The notes: a model not told the origin generated them from the sequence alone. A stretch of 64,000 bases of DNA from Trichormus sp. ATA11-4-KO1 (GCA_019358915.1 JAHHIM010000055.1:320001-384000), one strand, 5' to 3'; shown: positions 20,086-31,252, numbered from the stretch's first letter. Numbers and translations: made by a program.

Positions 20086-21219
20086 ATGACAGAACCCCAC
20101 CATACACTAGAGCAGCAAAAGAGAGTAACAGAGCTTTGGATGCGTTCGCTAGAAAATCAACTCCGGCAGCAAAGTGTCGATGATGCGAGTATTATCCAGA
20201 AATTCAACGAAATGGCAGAAGCTTTCTGTTTACAAGGGAAAAACTTGCAAGCCGAAGCTTTATGGGTGCGCTCCCTTGATGTTGCTCAACGCTGTTATGA
20301 AGACAACAAGCTAGTGATCGGATTTACTCTCAAAAGGTTGGTGGCGTTTTACCGTTCGCAACAGCGTTACAGTGAGACTGAACCTCTTTTGAAACAATCA
20401 TTGCAGATTTGGCAACATTTGTTTGGCAATGAGCATCCTTTAGTAGCAACCAACCTTAATGATTTAGCTGCGGTTTACCACCGACAGGGACGTTACAGCG
20501 AAGCTGAAAATTTTTATCTCCAAGCAATACCACTTCTATTGAACAAACTAAAAAACGAACATCCTGATACCCAAAACGCTTTGCAAAACTTTCGGCATCT
20601 CTTAAAGCAAGCCGTGCAAGAAAATAGAGTTGCCGAACTCTCTAATCATCCGTTCACGCAGTCGGCACTTGAGAAAGAATTATTAGACTTTCAAGAACGG
20701 CAACCCAACGAGAGACGTACCTTGGTTGTAACTGAACAAGATATTGAGGATCTCAGAAAGCTTACCCTGTCACAAGGAAAGAATACGGGAAATGCTCTCT
20801 TCTGGGTGCAACTGGTAGAAAAAAACCTTCGTCAACAGGGTGCTGACCATCTAAGCGTTGCTAAGGAGCTTAACAATGAGGCAAAAGTCTGCCGTTCCCA
20901 AGGAAAGAACCTGGAAGCCGAAGCCCTTTGGCAGCGATCGCTGGAAATTTACCAACAGCATCTTAACAATGCAGATCCCTATCTGGGAGTAATCCTCAAT
21001 AATTTAGCATCATTTTACCTTTCACAAAAGCGCTACAGTGAAGCCGAATCGCTCTTTCTAGAAGCTATATCCATCCTAATAAAGACACTAGGAAACGATC
21101 ACTCTACCACCGTATCCGTTTGGGAAAACTTCGCTGTACTGTTAGGACTAGTTCAGCATGAAAACCGAGTTGCTGAACTTTCCAACCACCCAATCACGCA
21201 GGCGTTACTTCCTCATTAG
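20086..21219 (+). CDS. Tetratricopeptide repeat protein with an internal two-module duplication
   Basis: TPR motifs; QGKNLxAEALWxRSL and ENRVAELSNHPxTQ each occur twice. Confidence 0.88.
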   Translation: MTEPHHTLEQQKRVTELWMRSLENQLRQQSVDDASIIQKFNEMAEAFCLQGKNLQAEALWVRSLDVAQRCYEDNKLVIGFTLKRLVAFYRSQQRYSETEPLLKQSLQIWQHLFGNEHPLVATNLNDLAAVYHRQGRYSEAENFYLQAIPLLLNKLKNEHPDTQNALQNFRHLLKQAVQENRVAELSNHPFTQSALEKELLDFQERQPNERRTLVVTEQDIEDLRKLTLSQGKNTGNALFWVQLVEKNLRQQGADHLSVAKELNNEAKVCRSQGKNLEAEALWQRSLEIYQQHLNNADPYLGVILNNLASFYLSQKRYSEAESLFLEAISILIKTLGNDHSTTVSVWENFAVLLGLVQHENRVAELSNHPITQALLPH

Positions 21220-21374
21220 CGATCGCCAAAAAATCTGGCTTTTTTCACTATCGGTAGACATAGCCGACTAAATCACGTTAATAAACACATTATTTTAGCT
21301 TTTTGGGAAACGACCAAGGGTTGATTGTGAGCAGTTATCAGTATCCAGAAAACTGACTACTGATAACTGCATAA

Positions 21375-23903
21375 TTACACCTCAGCAGGTTGCTGTTCTT
21401 GTTGTCGTTCCACAAACGCTTGAACACGGGAGCGATAGTTTCTCAAAGTCTCATCTACCCAGTCGCGATCGTTGCTATTAGCATACAAATGTACTAAAGG
21501 CTCACTGGCATCTGGTAAAACTAACAACCAACTATCATCGTAGGGTTGGCAAATTTTCACCCCATCGATTAACTCTAAGTTTTGGGCTGGGTGGGTTTCC
21601 ACTAAGTAACGCATCAGCGCGCCCTTAGCTGTCCAAGGACAACGGACTGTATAAGCTTTATGAACCACACGGGGCAATTCTGAACGGGCTGTAGCCAGCG
21701 ATCGCTCCTGAATAGTCAGCATCTCAATGAGCTTGGCAATACAGAACATAGAATCAAATCCCGGATGCAACTGCGGGAAAATAAAACCAGTTTCGCCACT
21801 ACCTCCTAAAACTACATTGGGATTTTTCTGAGAAGCTTCCATCAAGGCTGTAGGATTGGCTTTAGTACGAATTACCCTACCATCGTGGCGGCGAGCAACT
21901 TGTTCCACTGCACTGGAAGCGTGAACTGGGACAACTACCGTACCTCTGGGGTTGGATGTCAATATCATGTCTACCATCAGTGCTGTTAAGGTTTCTCCCC
22001 GGATAGGGTAGCCTGATTCATCAACTAAGATTAGCTGTTCCCCATTAGCTGATACTTGCACACCAAAGTTAGCTTTTAACGCCTCCACTACATGACCTAG
22101 TTGAGTTAGCAGTCCTTCGCGGTCAGTGGTGGACATAGCAGTTTTATTTACACTGGCATTCAACACCACCGCATCAGCACCAAATTTATCTAACATGAGC
22201 GGTAGAACTGCCCCAGACACAGCATAAACATAGTCAATTACCACTTTTGCCCGGCTGTTGCGCAGAGTATCAACATTTAACAGCTTTTCAAAGGCAGTGC
22301 AGTAACGGTCAATTACTTGGCTAGGGTAAGAAACATCGCCAACTTCATGAATTTGCGATCGCCGCATATCTTCTTTAAAGTAAGCACCCTCAATTTTCTT
22401 TTCTAGGGCTTTGGTGATGTTAATACCCTTGGCATCCATAAATTCAATCAGGATATAGTCAGGGCGATCTGGGTGTACCCGCACATGGATGCCGCCAGCT
22501 ACTGACATTGTGGGTATCACTGTCCGCGCTATGGGAATAGCTGTTGCATCCAGGTTTTGAATATCAACACCTACTGACATCAAACCAGCAATTAATGACC
22601 GGGTAACCATACGAGAAATATTACGCTGGTCACGGGAGACAGTTACCTTAGAACCGGGTTTCAAAGTAGAACCATAAGCGGCTCCCAATTTCACAGCAAA
22701 CTCTGGGGTAATGTCAATATTGGCTAAACCTTGGACACCACGTTGCCCAAATAAATTTCTTTGGGCAGTGTTACCCCAAATCAAATTAATGTTTAAAATT
22801 GCACCAGACTCAATTTTCTTACTAGGCCAAACGCGGACGTTGGGGCTAATTTGGGCTTCTTCTCCCACAGTGGAAAGCGAACCAACTACAGATGCTTCTA
22901 ATACATGAGCGCGACGATCTACACGGGTACCACGAGAAATCACGCAAGCACTTAAATGGGCTTCATCCCCAATAATTGACCCATTCCACAAAATCGGCCG
23001 CTTCAAGTTAGCATCAGCGCCAATAGTGACATTATCCCCAATAACAGTTCCCCCCTCAATCTGCACTCTTGCCCCAATGCGGCAATTGTCACCAATAACT
23101 GCTGGAGTTTCAATAGTAGCTGTGGGGTCAATAAAAGTATTTTGGCCTATCCATAACCCATTAGCAACTTCTTTATAAGCAAAGTCAAGTTTTACTTTAC
23201 GATCCAAAGCATCATATTGAGCTTCACGATAAGCATCTAAGTGACCAACATCGCACCAGTAACCTTGGGCAATGTAACCGTACATTGGTTCACCTTTTGC
23301 CAGTAATAAGGGAAATAAGTCTTTAGAAAAGTCGCTTTCAGTGTTAGATGGCAAATATTCCAAAACTTCTGGTTCGAGAATATAAATGCCAGTGTTGACG
23401 GTATCGGAAAAAATTTCACTAGTGGAAGGTTTTTCTAAAAAGCGATTAATATTTCCTTGTTCGTCGGTAATCACCACTCCAAATTCAACCGGGTTGGGAA
23501 CCCTAGTTAACACCAAAGTAGCTTTTGATTGTTTTTGTTTGTGAAATTCGATTGCAGCTTTCAGGTCGAAATCTGTGATACTATCGCCGCTAATCACTAA
23601 AAACGTTTCGTCAAGGAGTTCGGCAATATTTTTCACACAGCCTGCCGTGCCTAACGGCTGGTCTTCTTCGACCGCATAGGTCATCTGGATGCCAAAATCG
23701 CTACCATCTTGAAAGTAATCTCGCAGGACATCTGGTAAATAATGCAATGTCGCAATAATTTCTGTAATTTGATGTCGTTTGAGCAGATTGATGATATGTT
23801 CGGCAATTGGTCTATTTAAAATGGGAACCATCGGTTTGGGCAGATCACAAGTTAATGGGCGAAGTCGCGTTCCCGAACCGCCTGCCATCAGTACTGCACG
23901 CAT
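21375..23903 (-). CDS. Mannose-1-phosphate guanylyltransferase / phosphomannomutase-like fusion
   Basis: [13 protein letters not shown] nucleotidyltransferase motif, left-handed beta-helix hexapeptides, C-terminal PGM/PMM-like domains. Confidence 0.93.
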   Translation of the reverse strand: MRAVLMAGGSGTRLRPLTCDLPKPMVPILNRPIAEHIINLLKRHQITEIIATLHYLPDVLRDYFQDGSDFGIQMTYAVEEDQPLGTAGCVKNIAELLDETFLVISGDSITDFDLKAAIEFHKQKQSKATLVLTRVPNPVEFGVVITDEQGNINRFLEKPSTSEIFSDTVNTGIYILEPEVLEYLPSNTESDFSKDLFPLLLAKGEPMYGYIAQGYWCDVGHLDAYREAQYDALDRKVKLDFAYKEVANGLWIGQNTFIDPTATIETPAVIGDNCRIGARVQIEGGTVIGDNVTIGADANLKRPILWNGSIIGDEAHLSACVISRGTRVDRRAHVLEASVVGSLSTVGEEAQISPNVRVWPSKKIESGAILNINLIWGNTAQRNLFGQRGVQGLANIDITPEFAVKLGAAYGSTLKPGSKVTVSRDQRNISRMVTRSLIAGLMSVGVDIQNLDATAIPIARTVIPTMSVAGGIHVRVHPDRPDYILIEFMDAKGINITKALEKKIEGAYFKEDMRRSQIHEVGDVSYPSQVIDRYCTAFEKLLNVDTLRNSRAKVVIDYVYAVSGAVLPLMLDKFGADAVVLNASVNKTAMSTTDREGLLTQLGHVVEALKANFGVQVSANGEQLILVDESGYPIRGETLTALMVDMILTSNPRGTVVVPVHASSAVEQVARRHDGRVIRTKANPTALMEASQKNPNVVLGGSGETGFIFPQLHPGFDSMFCIAKLIEMLTIQERSLATARSELPRVVHKAYTVRCPWTAKGALMRYLVETHPAQNLELIDGVKICQPYDDSWLLVLPDASEPLVHLYANSNDRDWVDETLRNYRSRVQAFVERQQEQQPAEV

Positions 23904-24248
23904 AAATCCTCCTTAGCTATTTGCAGCATTTGCTGCTTTCAAACCCATGAGAGTATGTTGTGTATTCTTTCTTTAGTCTCCTATGGATATTGATATTTAA
24001 GGAACTTCCATAAGAAGCATCTGGGGAGACATAAGCAGATTTACTCATTATGCTTATGCTAGCCATCTGTTCAGGGATACTTGAGCAAGTGCTGTCAAGG
24101 CCTGTGGGTGTAGTTGCGCTTCAAGCTTAGCGGGGTTGCTGAGTTATTCTAACAACACTTTACAGACGATAGTGCCTGAAAGTCTTGAGGCAACAAGGAA
24201 CATGCCGCGAAAGAACACTCTTGTGACTTTTTGTCTCTTAACTTAGTC

Positions 24249-24409
24249 AGGACTTACACACAGGTAATGGGAAAACGTTCGCATAGCGTGCGCGTAGCGC
24301 ATACCATGAAGACGCGTAAAGCCTTCGGCATAGCTTCGCTTACCGCACAGCATCTCGAAGAGAAGTACACGAAGAAATAAGAGTTTGAGAGAGTTTTTGC
24401 GTAAGTCCT
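24249..24409. mobile_element. MITE-like element (TIR AGGACTTAC[G/A]CA...TGCGTAAGTCCT) with nested small-repeat insertions
   Basis: Terminal inverted repeats; a shorter related copy at 53135-53221 shares the 5' end and the AGTACACG...GAGTTTGAGAG...TTTTGCGTAAGTCC 3' end. Confidence 0.8.
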
Positions 24410-24642
24410 ATTAGTTTTACTTTGCCTATATTCTATTGTGACAATAGGTACTTAACTTTGGTAAATATTAACTAGCTGCAATACCTGGGTCTAATTTACA
24501 CTGGAATTAGAGAATGTATGATTAAGTGACTCAGATGTTGAATACAGAGGAATTTAGTCCTAAATTCTCAGTGTAGGCTACGCAGTACCTACATGATGTG
24601 ATCATAACTTAACTCAAATTCTGTCAGTTACTAAGGGAGTCG

Positions 24643-24840
24643 ATGGGAATGAGTAACTTAATTGTTTTTGGTTTGATTGTGGTTTATGTAGCCGGTATTT
24701 GGAAGTTCTGGAGTGGGTTTACACGGACTAATTTTAGTCAAACTTTACCTAATCGCCTTGGTTTATCATTACTATGGCCGGCTTTATTTATTGCTAATAA
24801 ATCATATCGACGTAATTTTAGAAAGGCTTTAAAAGGCTAG
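24643..24840 (+). CDS. Small membrane hypothetical protein
   Basis: GGGAG SD; two hydrophobic segments; GFTRTNF and LLWP motifs; basic C-terminus. Confidence 0.75.
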   Translation: MGMSNLIVFGLIVVYVAGIWKFWSGFTRTNFSQTLPNRLGLSLLWPALFIANKSYRRNFRKALKG

Positions 24841-25379
24841 TGCCACTACGCGGGAGTTAAAAATCAAAAGTCAAAAATTTTTATTATGGGCTTTTGAACT
24901 CTTTGGGATAATTTTCCCTCAGCACGATGGGTTACGTCCTTGCAGGCGATCGCACCTAAGTTACCGAAATTGATGCTCACCAGGATGTAATAATCCATAT
25001 CAGACCTGGGAGACTTGAATGATGTTTCGTCCTGCAATAGCGATCGCCAGTTTCATTTGTGTAATTTCTCTGCCCTCCTTAGCTCAAGGAAAACATTGAA
25101 ATATCCATCTTAATGTCGGAGAAAATGTTAGCTTACCTAGTTGATTTTTAATGCCTATTTTGATTCTTTTTAACCTATTTCTCAGTTCCCTTTGTCCAAG
25201 GTTATAAACTAACAAGCACAATGTATTTGTTTTTTAAACTCTACTAATATTTGACCAAATACGGCTTTATCCGCACTTTGAAAAGTCTCTGAAGATGTTA
25301 TCACGGGTGAGACGCAAAAGCTTTTATCTTTCAACATCCGGTAAGCGATCGCCGCGCCGCAAAATATAAGTGTAGTTCA

Positions 25380-26690
25380 TCAAGATTCAGGTACTATCGG
25401 CATACCATCTTTAAGAGTTAACAGTCCTGAGATGACTATTTTATCTCCTGGCTGTAATCCTTCGAGAACTTGGGAATTATCCTCTCTGATATTGCCTAAC
25501 TTTACCCGCCTTTGCCGAGCTACTAGTTGAGATATCCCTTGTGAGGACTCTTCAGTTGCCATTACATAGACAAAAGTTTCCCCAGTTACACGAGACACTG
25601 CTTTAGTAGGAATTAACACCCCAGAACGCTGATTCCAAATTACTCTAGCCCGCACTAATTGATTTGGTTTTAGTTTACCTTGGGAATTATTAAAAAGTAC
25701 TTTGATTAAAATTGATTGCCGCTCCTTATTGGCATTGGGAGCAATTAAAGATACTTGACTAGTATCCAAAACTTGACTTTGCATATTCAAAATCTTGACA
25801 GGCATACCCTCACGTAATTGTGAGCCTTGTTCTGGTGGAACAGAAATATTGACTTCTAAAGGTTGGTTTTGAGAGACAGTAACCAGTGGTGTGAAAGTAT
25901 CCACTAAATCCCCTACTTTCACTGGCATATCACTGACTGTACCGCTAAAGGGTGCTGTTATTCTATAACTCTGGGGCTGGAGTTGTTGTTTTTTAATATT
26001 TGCCTCGGCTTGTTGCAAGGCTTTTTCAGCTTGCATTATAGTGGCTTGCTGCCCTTGAATTTGGGAATTGATTGCACCAAGATTAGCTTTAGCTGTGGCG
26101 AGCCTGCTGGCATACTGATCCCTGGTTTGTCGAGACACAGCTCCTTGAGCTGCTAGGTCAGCATACCTTTGGTAGTCCTTTTGCTTCAATTGCAAATCAA
26201 CAACTTGGGATTGCTGTGCTGCTACCAAAGATTGGAGTTTAGCACGCGCATTTTCCCGTTGTGCCACAGTTGCCTGATTAGCTGCTTTAATTTCACCGAT
26301 TGTTGCTGGTCTAGAATCTACTTGGATAATTGCTGTTCTTGCTGCAACTTGCTCTCCCGCTTTCACAAATATTTGGGTAACTAGACCGGGAATTTTTGAC
26401 TGCATCTGCACTGAACGCTGGGACTCTAGGTTAACAACAAAGTCTGAACTTTCCTCAACTGTGCCGAGTTGCACTGGCGAGACCTTGACTCTTACCCCTG
26501 GAGTTTGAACCTTAGCAGATGGTGCTTGATGTGTAGGAGTGAATACACGCCAAATTATCGCTGTTCCACCCCCGATGATTAGTGTGAAAGCTAATAATAA
26601 TCGCGGCCACCGTCGTTGTTTTGGGGATGAATCAAATGAGGTTTGGGGAAGATTATCTTCAAAATCAGTTTGAGGCTCAGGGGATGTCAT
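25380..26690 (-). CDS. RND efflux periplasmic adaptor (membrane fusion protein); no RND permease nearby
   Basis: N-terminal TM anchor, lipoyl-like halves (GLVTQIFVKAGEQV; ITAPFSGTV), coiled coil, LIPTKAV, EGLQPGDKIV. Confidence 0.92.
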   Translation of the reverse strand: MTSPEPQTDFEDNLPQTSFDSSPKQRRWPRLLLAFTLIIGGGTAIIWRVFTPTHQAPSAKVQTPGVRVKVSPVQLGTVEESSDFVVNLESQRSVQMQSKIPGLVTQIFVKAGEQVAARTAIIQVDSRPATIGEIKAANQATVAQRENARAKLQSLVAAQQSQVVDLQLKQKDYQRYADLAAQGAVSRQTRDQYASRLATAKANLGAINSQIQGQQATIMQAEKALQQAEANIKKQQLQPQSYRITAPFSGTVSDMPVKVGDLVDTFTPLVTVSQNQPLEVNISVPPEQGSQLREGMPVKILNMQSQVLDTSQVSLIAPNANKERQSILIKVLFNNSQGKLKPNQLVRARVIWNQRSGVLIPTKAVSRVTGETFVYVMATEESSQGISQLVARQRRVKLGNIREDNSQVLEGLQPGDKIVISGLLTLKDGMPIVPES

Positions 26691-26940
26691 AGCTTACAGG
26701 GAACCTAACAACAAATGAACTGGAACTAAATCAGGATTTGGTCTTTTGAAACGAAAATTACTGATTTAGCACGAGGCTTCATGACCAATGATGTGTTAAC
26801 TCATCCCAATATACTGGCTGATAGATTTTGTCTAAATCTACCCAAAGGTGAATGATAAAATTTAGGACACAGGGAATGGGAAAACTTTTGTTGAGCATTG
26901 CTATACTTCCCAAGCCTGCGCTGGAGCAGCTTAATCAAAA

Positions 26941-27084
26941 TAATTCGTAATTCGTAGTTAAAAACACATTAATAAATCCCGTGAATGGAAATATTATTTA
27001 TATTTCTCTTTTCACCATTGATAAATTGAGAAAACTGTATCCTGTATCATTAATTACGAATTACGAATTACGAATTACGAATTA
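26941..27084. repeat. Inverted arrangement of STRR heptamers (TAATTCG)n ... (ATTACGA)n
   Basis: taattcgtaattcgta at about 26941; attacga x4 at about 27053-27084. Confidence 0.75.
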
Positions 27085-27085
27085 A

Positions 27086-28024
27086 TCAAAGGCTACCAAT
27101 TGCTTCAGCAAATAGCTGAGAAACAAAAGGTAAAATCTCCCGGTTTTTAGCGTTGGCTTTGCCTTCAGTAAATGCTACTAAAATGTAGGGACGTTGATTT
27201 GGTAACTCAATATACCCTGCATCATGACGAACTTGACTTGTCCAACCTGCTTTTGACCAAAGTTGAGCATTTTGGGGAAGTCCACCACCTAAGAAACCTG
27301 TTACCTGGTCTTCTTCTACATCAGTAGGTAAATCATCTCTTTTGAGACTACGTTTGAGCAAAGCCATCATCGCTTGCGATCGCCCGCTCGAAACTGCCAC
27401 CCCACCTACAATACTATGAAGTAACCTGGCGATCGCATTGGTTGTGACCATATTACGATTGTCTAACATCTCTCCATAAAATGCCCGCTCTCTGCCATAA
27501 GGGCCATCACCCCAAGTTTTTTGACAAACGTTAATTGTCTGTATTTCTTCCCAGCCCAAAGATTGGTAATAGCGGTTGACAATGTTACGCTGATACTTCC
27601 AGGTTTCAAATGGCCCTGTGGGTAACTCTGGTCCGGAGGTCGTACCACTGAGAATATCGACAATTAAGCTGGTAGCGTCATTGCTAGAATCAACAATCAT
27701 ATCGCGCAAGGCTCGTTCCAACTCCTTGGAGTTTGAACTCATGCCTTTTTCTAGCCATTCGTTGACCGCCACCAAATAAAATAGTTTAACTACACTCGCG
27801 GGATAAATCCGCTCAACCCCACGATACGTAAAACCACGTACTTGATGGTTCCAAAAAGCATCAGGAGTCAAAGCGCCACCAGTATTTACAGGTACTGGCG
27901 GATCGTACACAATCCAAGTTAAAGCAACTTGGTTACGGGCTAACGTCGGAAATGCTGCCCAAGTTGCCTCTAAAATGCCATTACCAAGATTTTCGAGTTG
28001 TTCGTCTTTTCTGAAGAAAATCAT
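27086..28024 (-). CDS. Serine hydrolase, class A beta-lactamase-like
   Basis: YPASVVK (SxxK), SSNDAT (SxN) and SKAG (KxG) motifs. Confidence 0.9.
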   Translation of the reverse strand: MIFFRKDEQLENLGNGILEATWAAFPTLARNQVALTWIVYDPPVPVNTGGALTPDAFWNHQVRGFTYRGVERIYPASVVKLFYLVAVNEWLEKGMSSNSKELERALRDMIVDSSNDATSLIVDILSGTTSGPELPTGPFETWKYQRNIVNRYYQSLGWEEIQTINVCQKTWGDGPYGRERAFYGEMLDNRNMVTTNAIARLLHSIVGGVAVSSGRSQAMMALLKRSLKRDDLPTDVEEDQVTGFLGGGLPQNAQLWSKAGWTSQVRHDAGYIELPNQRPYILVAFTEGKANAKNREILPFVSQLFAEAIGSL

Positions 28025-28030
28025 TGAAGA

Positions 28031-28735
28031 ATGCTCTCTAATCCAGAATCCCAAATCCTAAATTTGACATCGGCAGAATACCAGTGTCTCGCTGACCTGA
28101 ATTTATATGATTCTCCTGAATGTACGCGCTTGGCAACTCAAGCCGCTTCTGAGCGACATTTGCGGGTAACATCAAATCATCAGGTGTCAGGAGTCGAGGT
28201 ATGTTTGTGTGAGGATGACTATCCAGGATGGGTATCCTTTGCCGATTTGGGTTTGTTACAACCTGCTACTGTACTTTATCAGGCTAAATCATTTTCTGAG
28301 TCTGATATTAAAAAACTGCTACCAGAGGTCATCGCTTTTACGCAAGCGGCGATGCAACAGTCTAACTATTACCTTTGGGGTGGTACGGTGGGGCCTAATT
28401 ACGACTGTTCGGGGTTAATGCAGGCGGCGTTTGTCTCTGTGGGTATTTGGTTACCTAGAGATGCTTATCAGCAGGAAGCTTTTACTCAGGCAATTGCTGT
28501 GGCTGATTTAGCACCTGGGGATTTGGTGTTTTTTGGTACTCCCCAAAAGGCTACTCATGTGGGGCTGTATTTGGGTAATAATTATTACATTCATAGTTCT
28601 GGGAAAGCCCAGGGACGCAATGGTATTGGGATTGACATGCTCTCGGAACAGGGAGATGCGGTAAGTCAGTCATACTATCAGCAGCTACGAGGTGCTGGCA
28701 GAGTTGTTAAAAGTTACAAACCACAGAGACACTGA
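28031..28735 (+). CDS. NlpC/P60 (C40) peptidase
   Basis: YLWGG...YDCSGL...LPRDAYQQ...PGDLVFF...THVGLY...IHSSG. Confidence 0.93.
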   Translation: MLSNPESQILNLTSAEYQCLADLNLYDSPECTRLATQAASERHLRVTSNHQVSGVEVCLCEDDYPGWVSFADLGLLQPATVLYQAKSFSESDIKKLLPEVIAFTQAAMQQSNYYLWGGTVGPNYDCSGLMQAAFVSVGIWLPRDAYQQEAFTQAIAVADLAPGDLVFFGTPQKATHVGLYLGNNYYIHSSGKAQGRNGIGIDMLSEQGDAVSQSYYQQLRGAGRVVKSYKPQRH

Positions 28736-28749
28736 GGACGCAGAGGAAT

Positions 28750-29763
28750 ATGAGGGGTGGATTAATTTCCGACATGATCACGGAGGAGAATGGGGCAATT
28801 TCTGCAAATATCCCCGATGTTTCGGTGGTGGTGCCGGTACGTGATGAGGTGGAAAGTTTACCAATTTTATGGGAGGCGATCGCTTCTAGTATTAGTAATA
28901 GTAATTTGAGTTATGAAATCATTTGTGTAGATGATGGTTCTACAGATGGTTCTGCTGAGTTACTTAAAGAACAAGCACAAATCCGCACTGATTTAAAGGC
29001 GGTGATTTTGCGACGAAACTACGGTCAAACTGCGGCTATGGCAGCTGGGTTTAATTATGCTAACGGTAAAGCGATCGTGACTTTGGATGCTGACCTGCAA
29101 AATGACCCGGCTGATATCCCGTTGTTATTAGCTAAACTGGAGGAAGGTTACGATTTGGTCAGTGGTTGGCGGCATAAACGCCAAGATGCTTTGGTATCAA
29201 GATTAATTCCTTCTAAAATTGCTAACTGGTTGATTGGCAAGGTGACTGAAGTGAAGTTGCATGATTACGGTTGTTCCCTGAAAGCTTATCGTGCGGAAGT
29301 AGTAGCAGATATGAATCTCTACGGGGAACTGCACCGATTTCTCCCAGCTTTGGCTTATATTGAAGGCGCAAGAATCACCGAAATACCTGTGCGTCATCAT
29401 GCCCGACGTTTTGGATACAGTAAGTATGGCATTGGGCGGACGTTTCGCGTCATGATGGATTTGCTCACTATTTACTTTATGAAAAAATTCCTCACACGCC
29501 CGATGCACGTTTTTGGGCTGTTGGGTTTAAGCTCGATAGTTACAGGAACGCTAATTGGTATTTACTTGACTTTTATTAAATTGGCTTTAGGCGAATCGAT
29601 TGGTAATCGTCCTTTGCTGATTTTGGCAGTACTTTTGCTAGTTACTGGGGTGCAGCTGTTTTGCTTTGGTCTGTTGGCAGAGTTACTCATGCGTACTTAC
29701 CATGAATCTCAAGGTCGCCCTATCTATCGAGTACGGGAAATAGTAGCAAAAAACATTAAGTAA
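28750..29763 (+). CDS. GT2 glycosyltransferase (ArnC/Dpm1-like)
   Basis: VDDGSTDGS, RNYGQTAA, LDADLQNDP, GELHRFLP; two C-terminal TM helices. Confidence 0.93.
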   Translation: MRGGLISDMITEENGAISANIPDVSVVVPVRDEVESLPILWEAIASSISNSNLSYEIICVDDGSTDGSAELLKEQAQIRTDLKAVILRRNYGQTAAMAAGFNYANGKAIVTLDADLQNDPADIPLLLAKLEEGYDLVSGWRHKRQDALVSRLIPSKIANWLIGKVTEVKLHDYGCSLKAYRAEVVADMNLYGELHRFLPALAYIEGARITEIPVRHHARRFGYSKYGIGRTFRVMMDLLTIYFMKKFLTRPMHVFGLLGLSSIVTGTLIGIYLTFIKLALGESIGNRPLLILAVLLLVTGVQLFCFGLLAELLMRTYHESQGRPIYRVREIVAKNIK

Positions 29764-29787
29764 AGTAACAATATATGGAGTGCCTTT

Positions 29788-29867
29788 CTGAGTGCTGAGT
29801 GCTGAGTGCTGAGTGCTGAGTGCTGAGTAAAAAATACTAACCTCTAGCCTCTAGCTTCTAGCCTCTA
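29788..29867. repeat. STRR tandem repeats (CTGAGTG)n and (CCTCTAG)n
   Basis: About 5.9 copies of CTGAGTG followed by about 4 copies of CCTCTAG. Confidence 0.85.
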
Positions 29868-29887
29868 TTAATAATGGAATAGTTACT

Positions 29888-31123
29888 TTGAAAGTTCTTT
29901 ATACATTAGATGCCGAACTACGACGTAACCTGCTAGTTTTGTTTACAGCAGGTTTATTATTCTGGTCTAGTATCGCCTCGTTATTACCAACTCTTCCCCT
30001 GTATATCGAAGATATCGGCGCAACCAGTCAACAAATTGGCATTGTGATGGGCAGTTTTGCCATTGGGATGTTGCTGTTTCGCCCTTGGTGTAGCAATTTA
30101 GCAGATCGGCGGGGTCGTAAGATTGTGTTGCTCATTGGGATGACAGCAGCTGCGATCGCACCTCTGGGCTATTTGCTAGCAACTTCTATTGTGCCGTTGA
30201 TTGTGCTGCGTGCCTTTCACGGTATTAGTATTGCGGCTTTTGGCACGGCCTACATGGCGTTGGTGGGAGATTTAGCACCAGCGAAGAACCGTGGTGAAGT
30301 CATTGGCTATATGAGTTTGGTGAATCCTTTGGGTGTGGCCATTGGGCCCGCTTTGGGGGGATATTTACAAGCGGCGGCTGGTTACACCCCATTATTTGCG
30401 TTATCTGCGGCTTTGGGTTGTTTAGGGCTGTTGTGTGTTGTGCCAATCGTCAATCCCACCGTGGATGAGCAGTCGCACACCAGCGCCACTGATAACTTAT
30501 TTTGGGGACTACTATTTAGCCCTCGTGTGCGTGTTCCGGCAATCGTGATGTTATTGATTGGTATGGTTTTAGGTACTTTGCATACCTTTGTGCCTTTGTT
30601 CATCAAATCAACTAATGTAGATTTGAATCCAGGCTTGTTTTACACAGCCGCCGCGATCGCTAGTTTTAATGTCAGGTTGTTTATCGGTCGGGCTTCTGAT
30701 CGCTATGGACGGGGTTTGTTTATCACCTTTAGCTTGATTGCTTTCACTTTAGCGATGGTAGGCATTTGGCAAGCTAACAGCGCCTCTGTTTTCTTACTAT
30801 CAGCCTTTGTTGAGGGTGCTGCTTCTGGGACAGCAATTCCCATGATGGCCGCGATGATGACAGATCGAGCCATGCCCCACGAACGAGGGCGGATTTTTGG
30901 AGTATCTTTGGTGGGACTGGATATTGGAATTGCGATCGCAGGGCCTGTTCTCGGTGCTATTGCCGAACAAGTAGGCTACCGCAATATGTTCGGTTATGGT
31001 GCTGGTTTAACTTTTCTGGCCTTAATCATATTTCTTACCCAGTCCAGCCATGATTTACGCCATTCATTACGTTTTGCTTTAGGTCGCGCTGAAGATACTT
31101 ATGCTTTAGATAATGCCAAATAA
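29888..31123 (+). CDS. MFS transporter
   Basis: About 12 TM helices; motif A LADRRGRK and ASDRYGRG. Confidence 0.92.
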   Translation: MKVLYTLDAELRRNLLVLFTAGLLFWSSIASLLPTLPLYIEDIGATSQQIGIVMGSFAIGMLLFRPWCSNLADRRGRKIVLLIGMTAAAIAPLGYLLATSIVPLIVLRAFHGISIAAFGTAYMALVGDLAPAKNRGEVIGYMSLVNPLGVAIGPALGGYLQAAAGYTPLFALSAALGCLGLLCVVPIVNPTVDEQSHTSATDNLFWGLLFSPRVRVPAIVMLLIGMVLGTLHTFVPLFIKSTNVDLNPGLFYTAAAIASFNVRLFIGRASDRYGRGLFITFSLIAFTLAMVGIWQANSASVFLLSAFVEGAASGTAIPMMAAMMTDRAMPHERGRIFGVSLVGLDIGIAIAGPVLGAIAEQVGYRNMFGYGAGLTFLALIIFLTQSSHDLRHSLRFALGRAEDTYALDNAK

Positions 31124-31178
31124 AAGCTTAAAAAAGGCAAAATAGAATCAACTCTACCTTGCCTTTTACTTTTTTAAA

Positions 31179-31252
31179 CGGGCGAGGAGGGATTCGAACC
31201 CCCGACACCGTGGTCCGTAGCCACGTGCTCTAGTCCACTGAGCTACACGCCC
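31179..31252 (-). tRNA. tRNA-Arg (anticodon ACG)
   Basis: Reverse complement GGGCGTGTAGCTCAGTGGACTAGAGCACGTGGCT-ACG-GACCACGGTGTCGGGGGTTCGAATCCCTCCTCGCCCG folds as a cloverleaf; no encoded CCA. Confidence 0.97.

Noticed and set aside
24900..25100. Possible gene remnant with two HIP1 sites
   Set aside because: Manual translation of the minus-strand frames gave nothing recognisable
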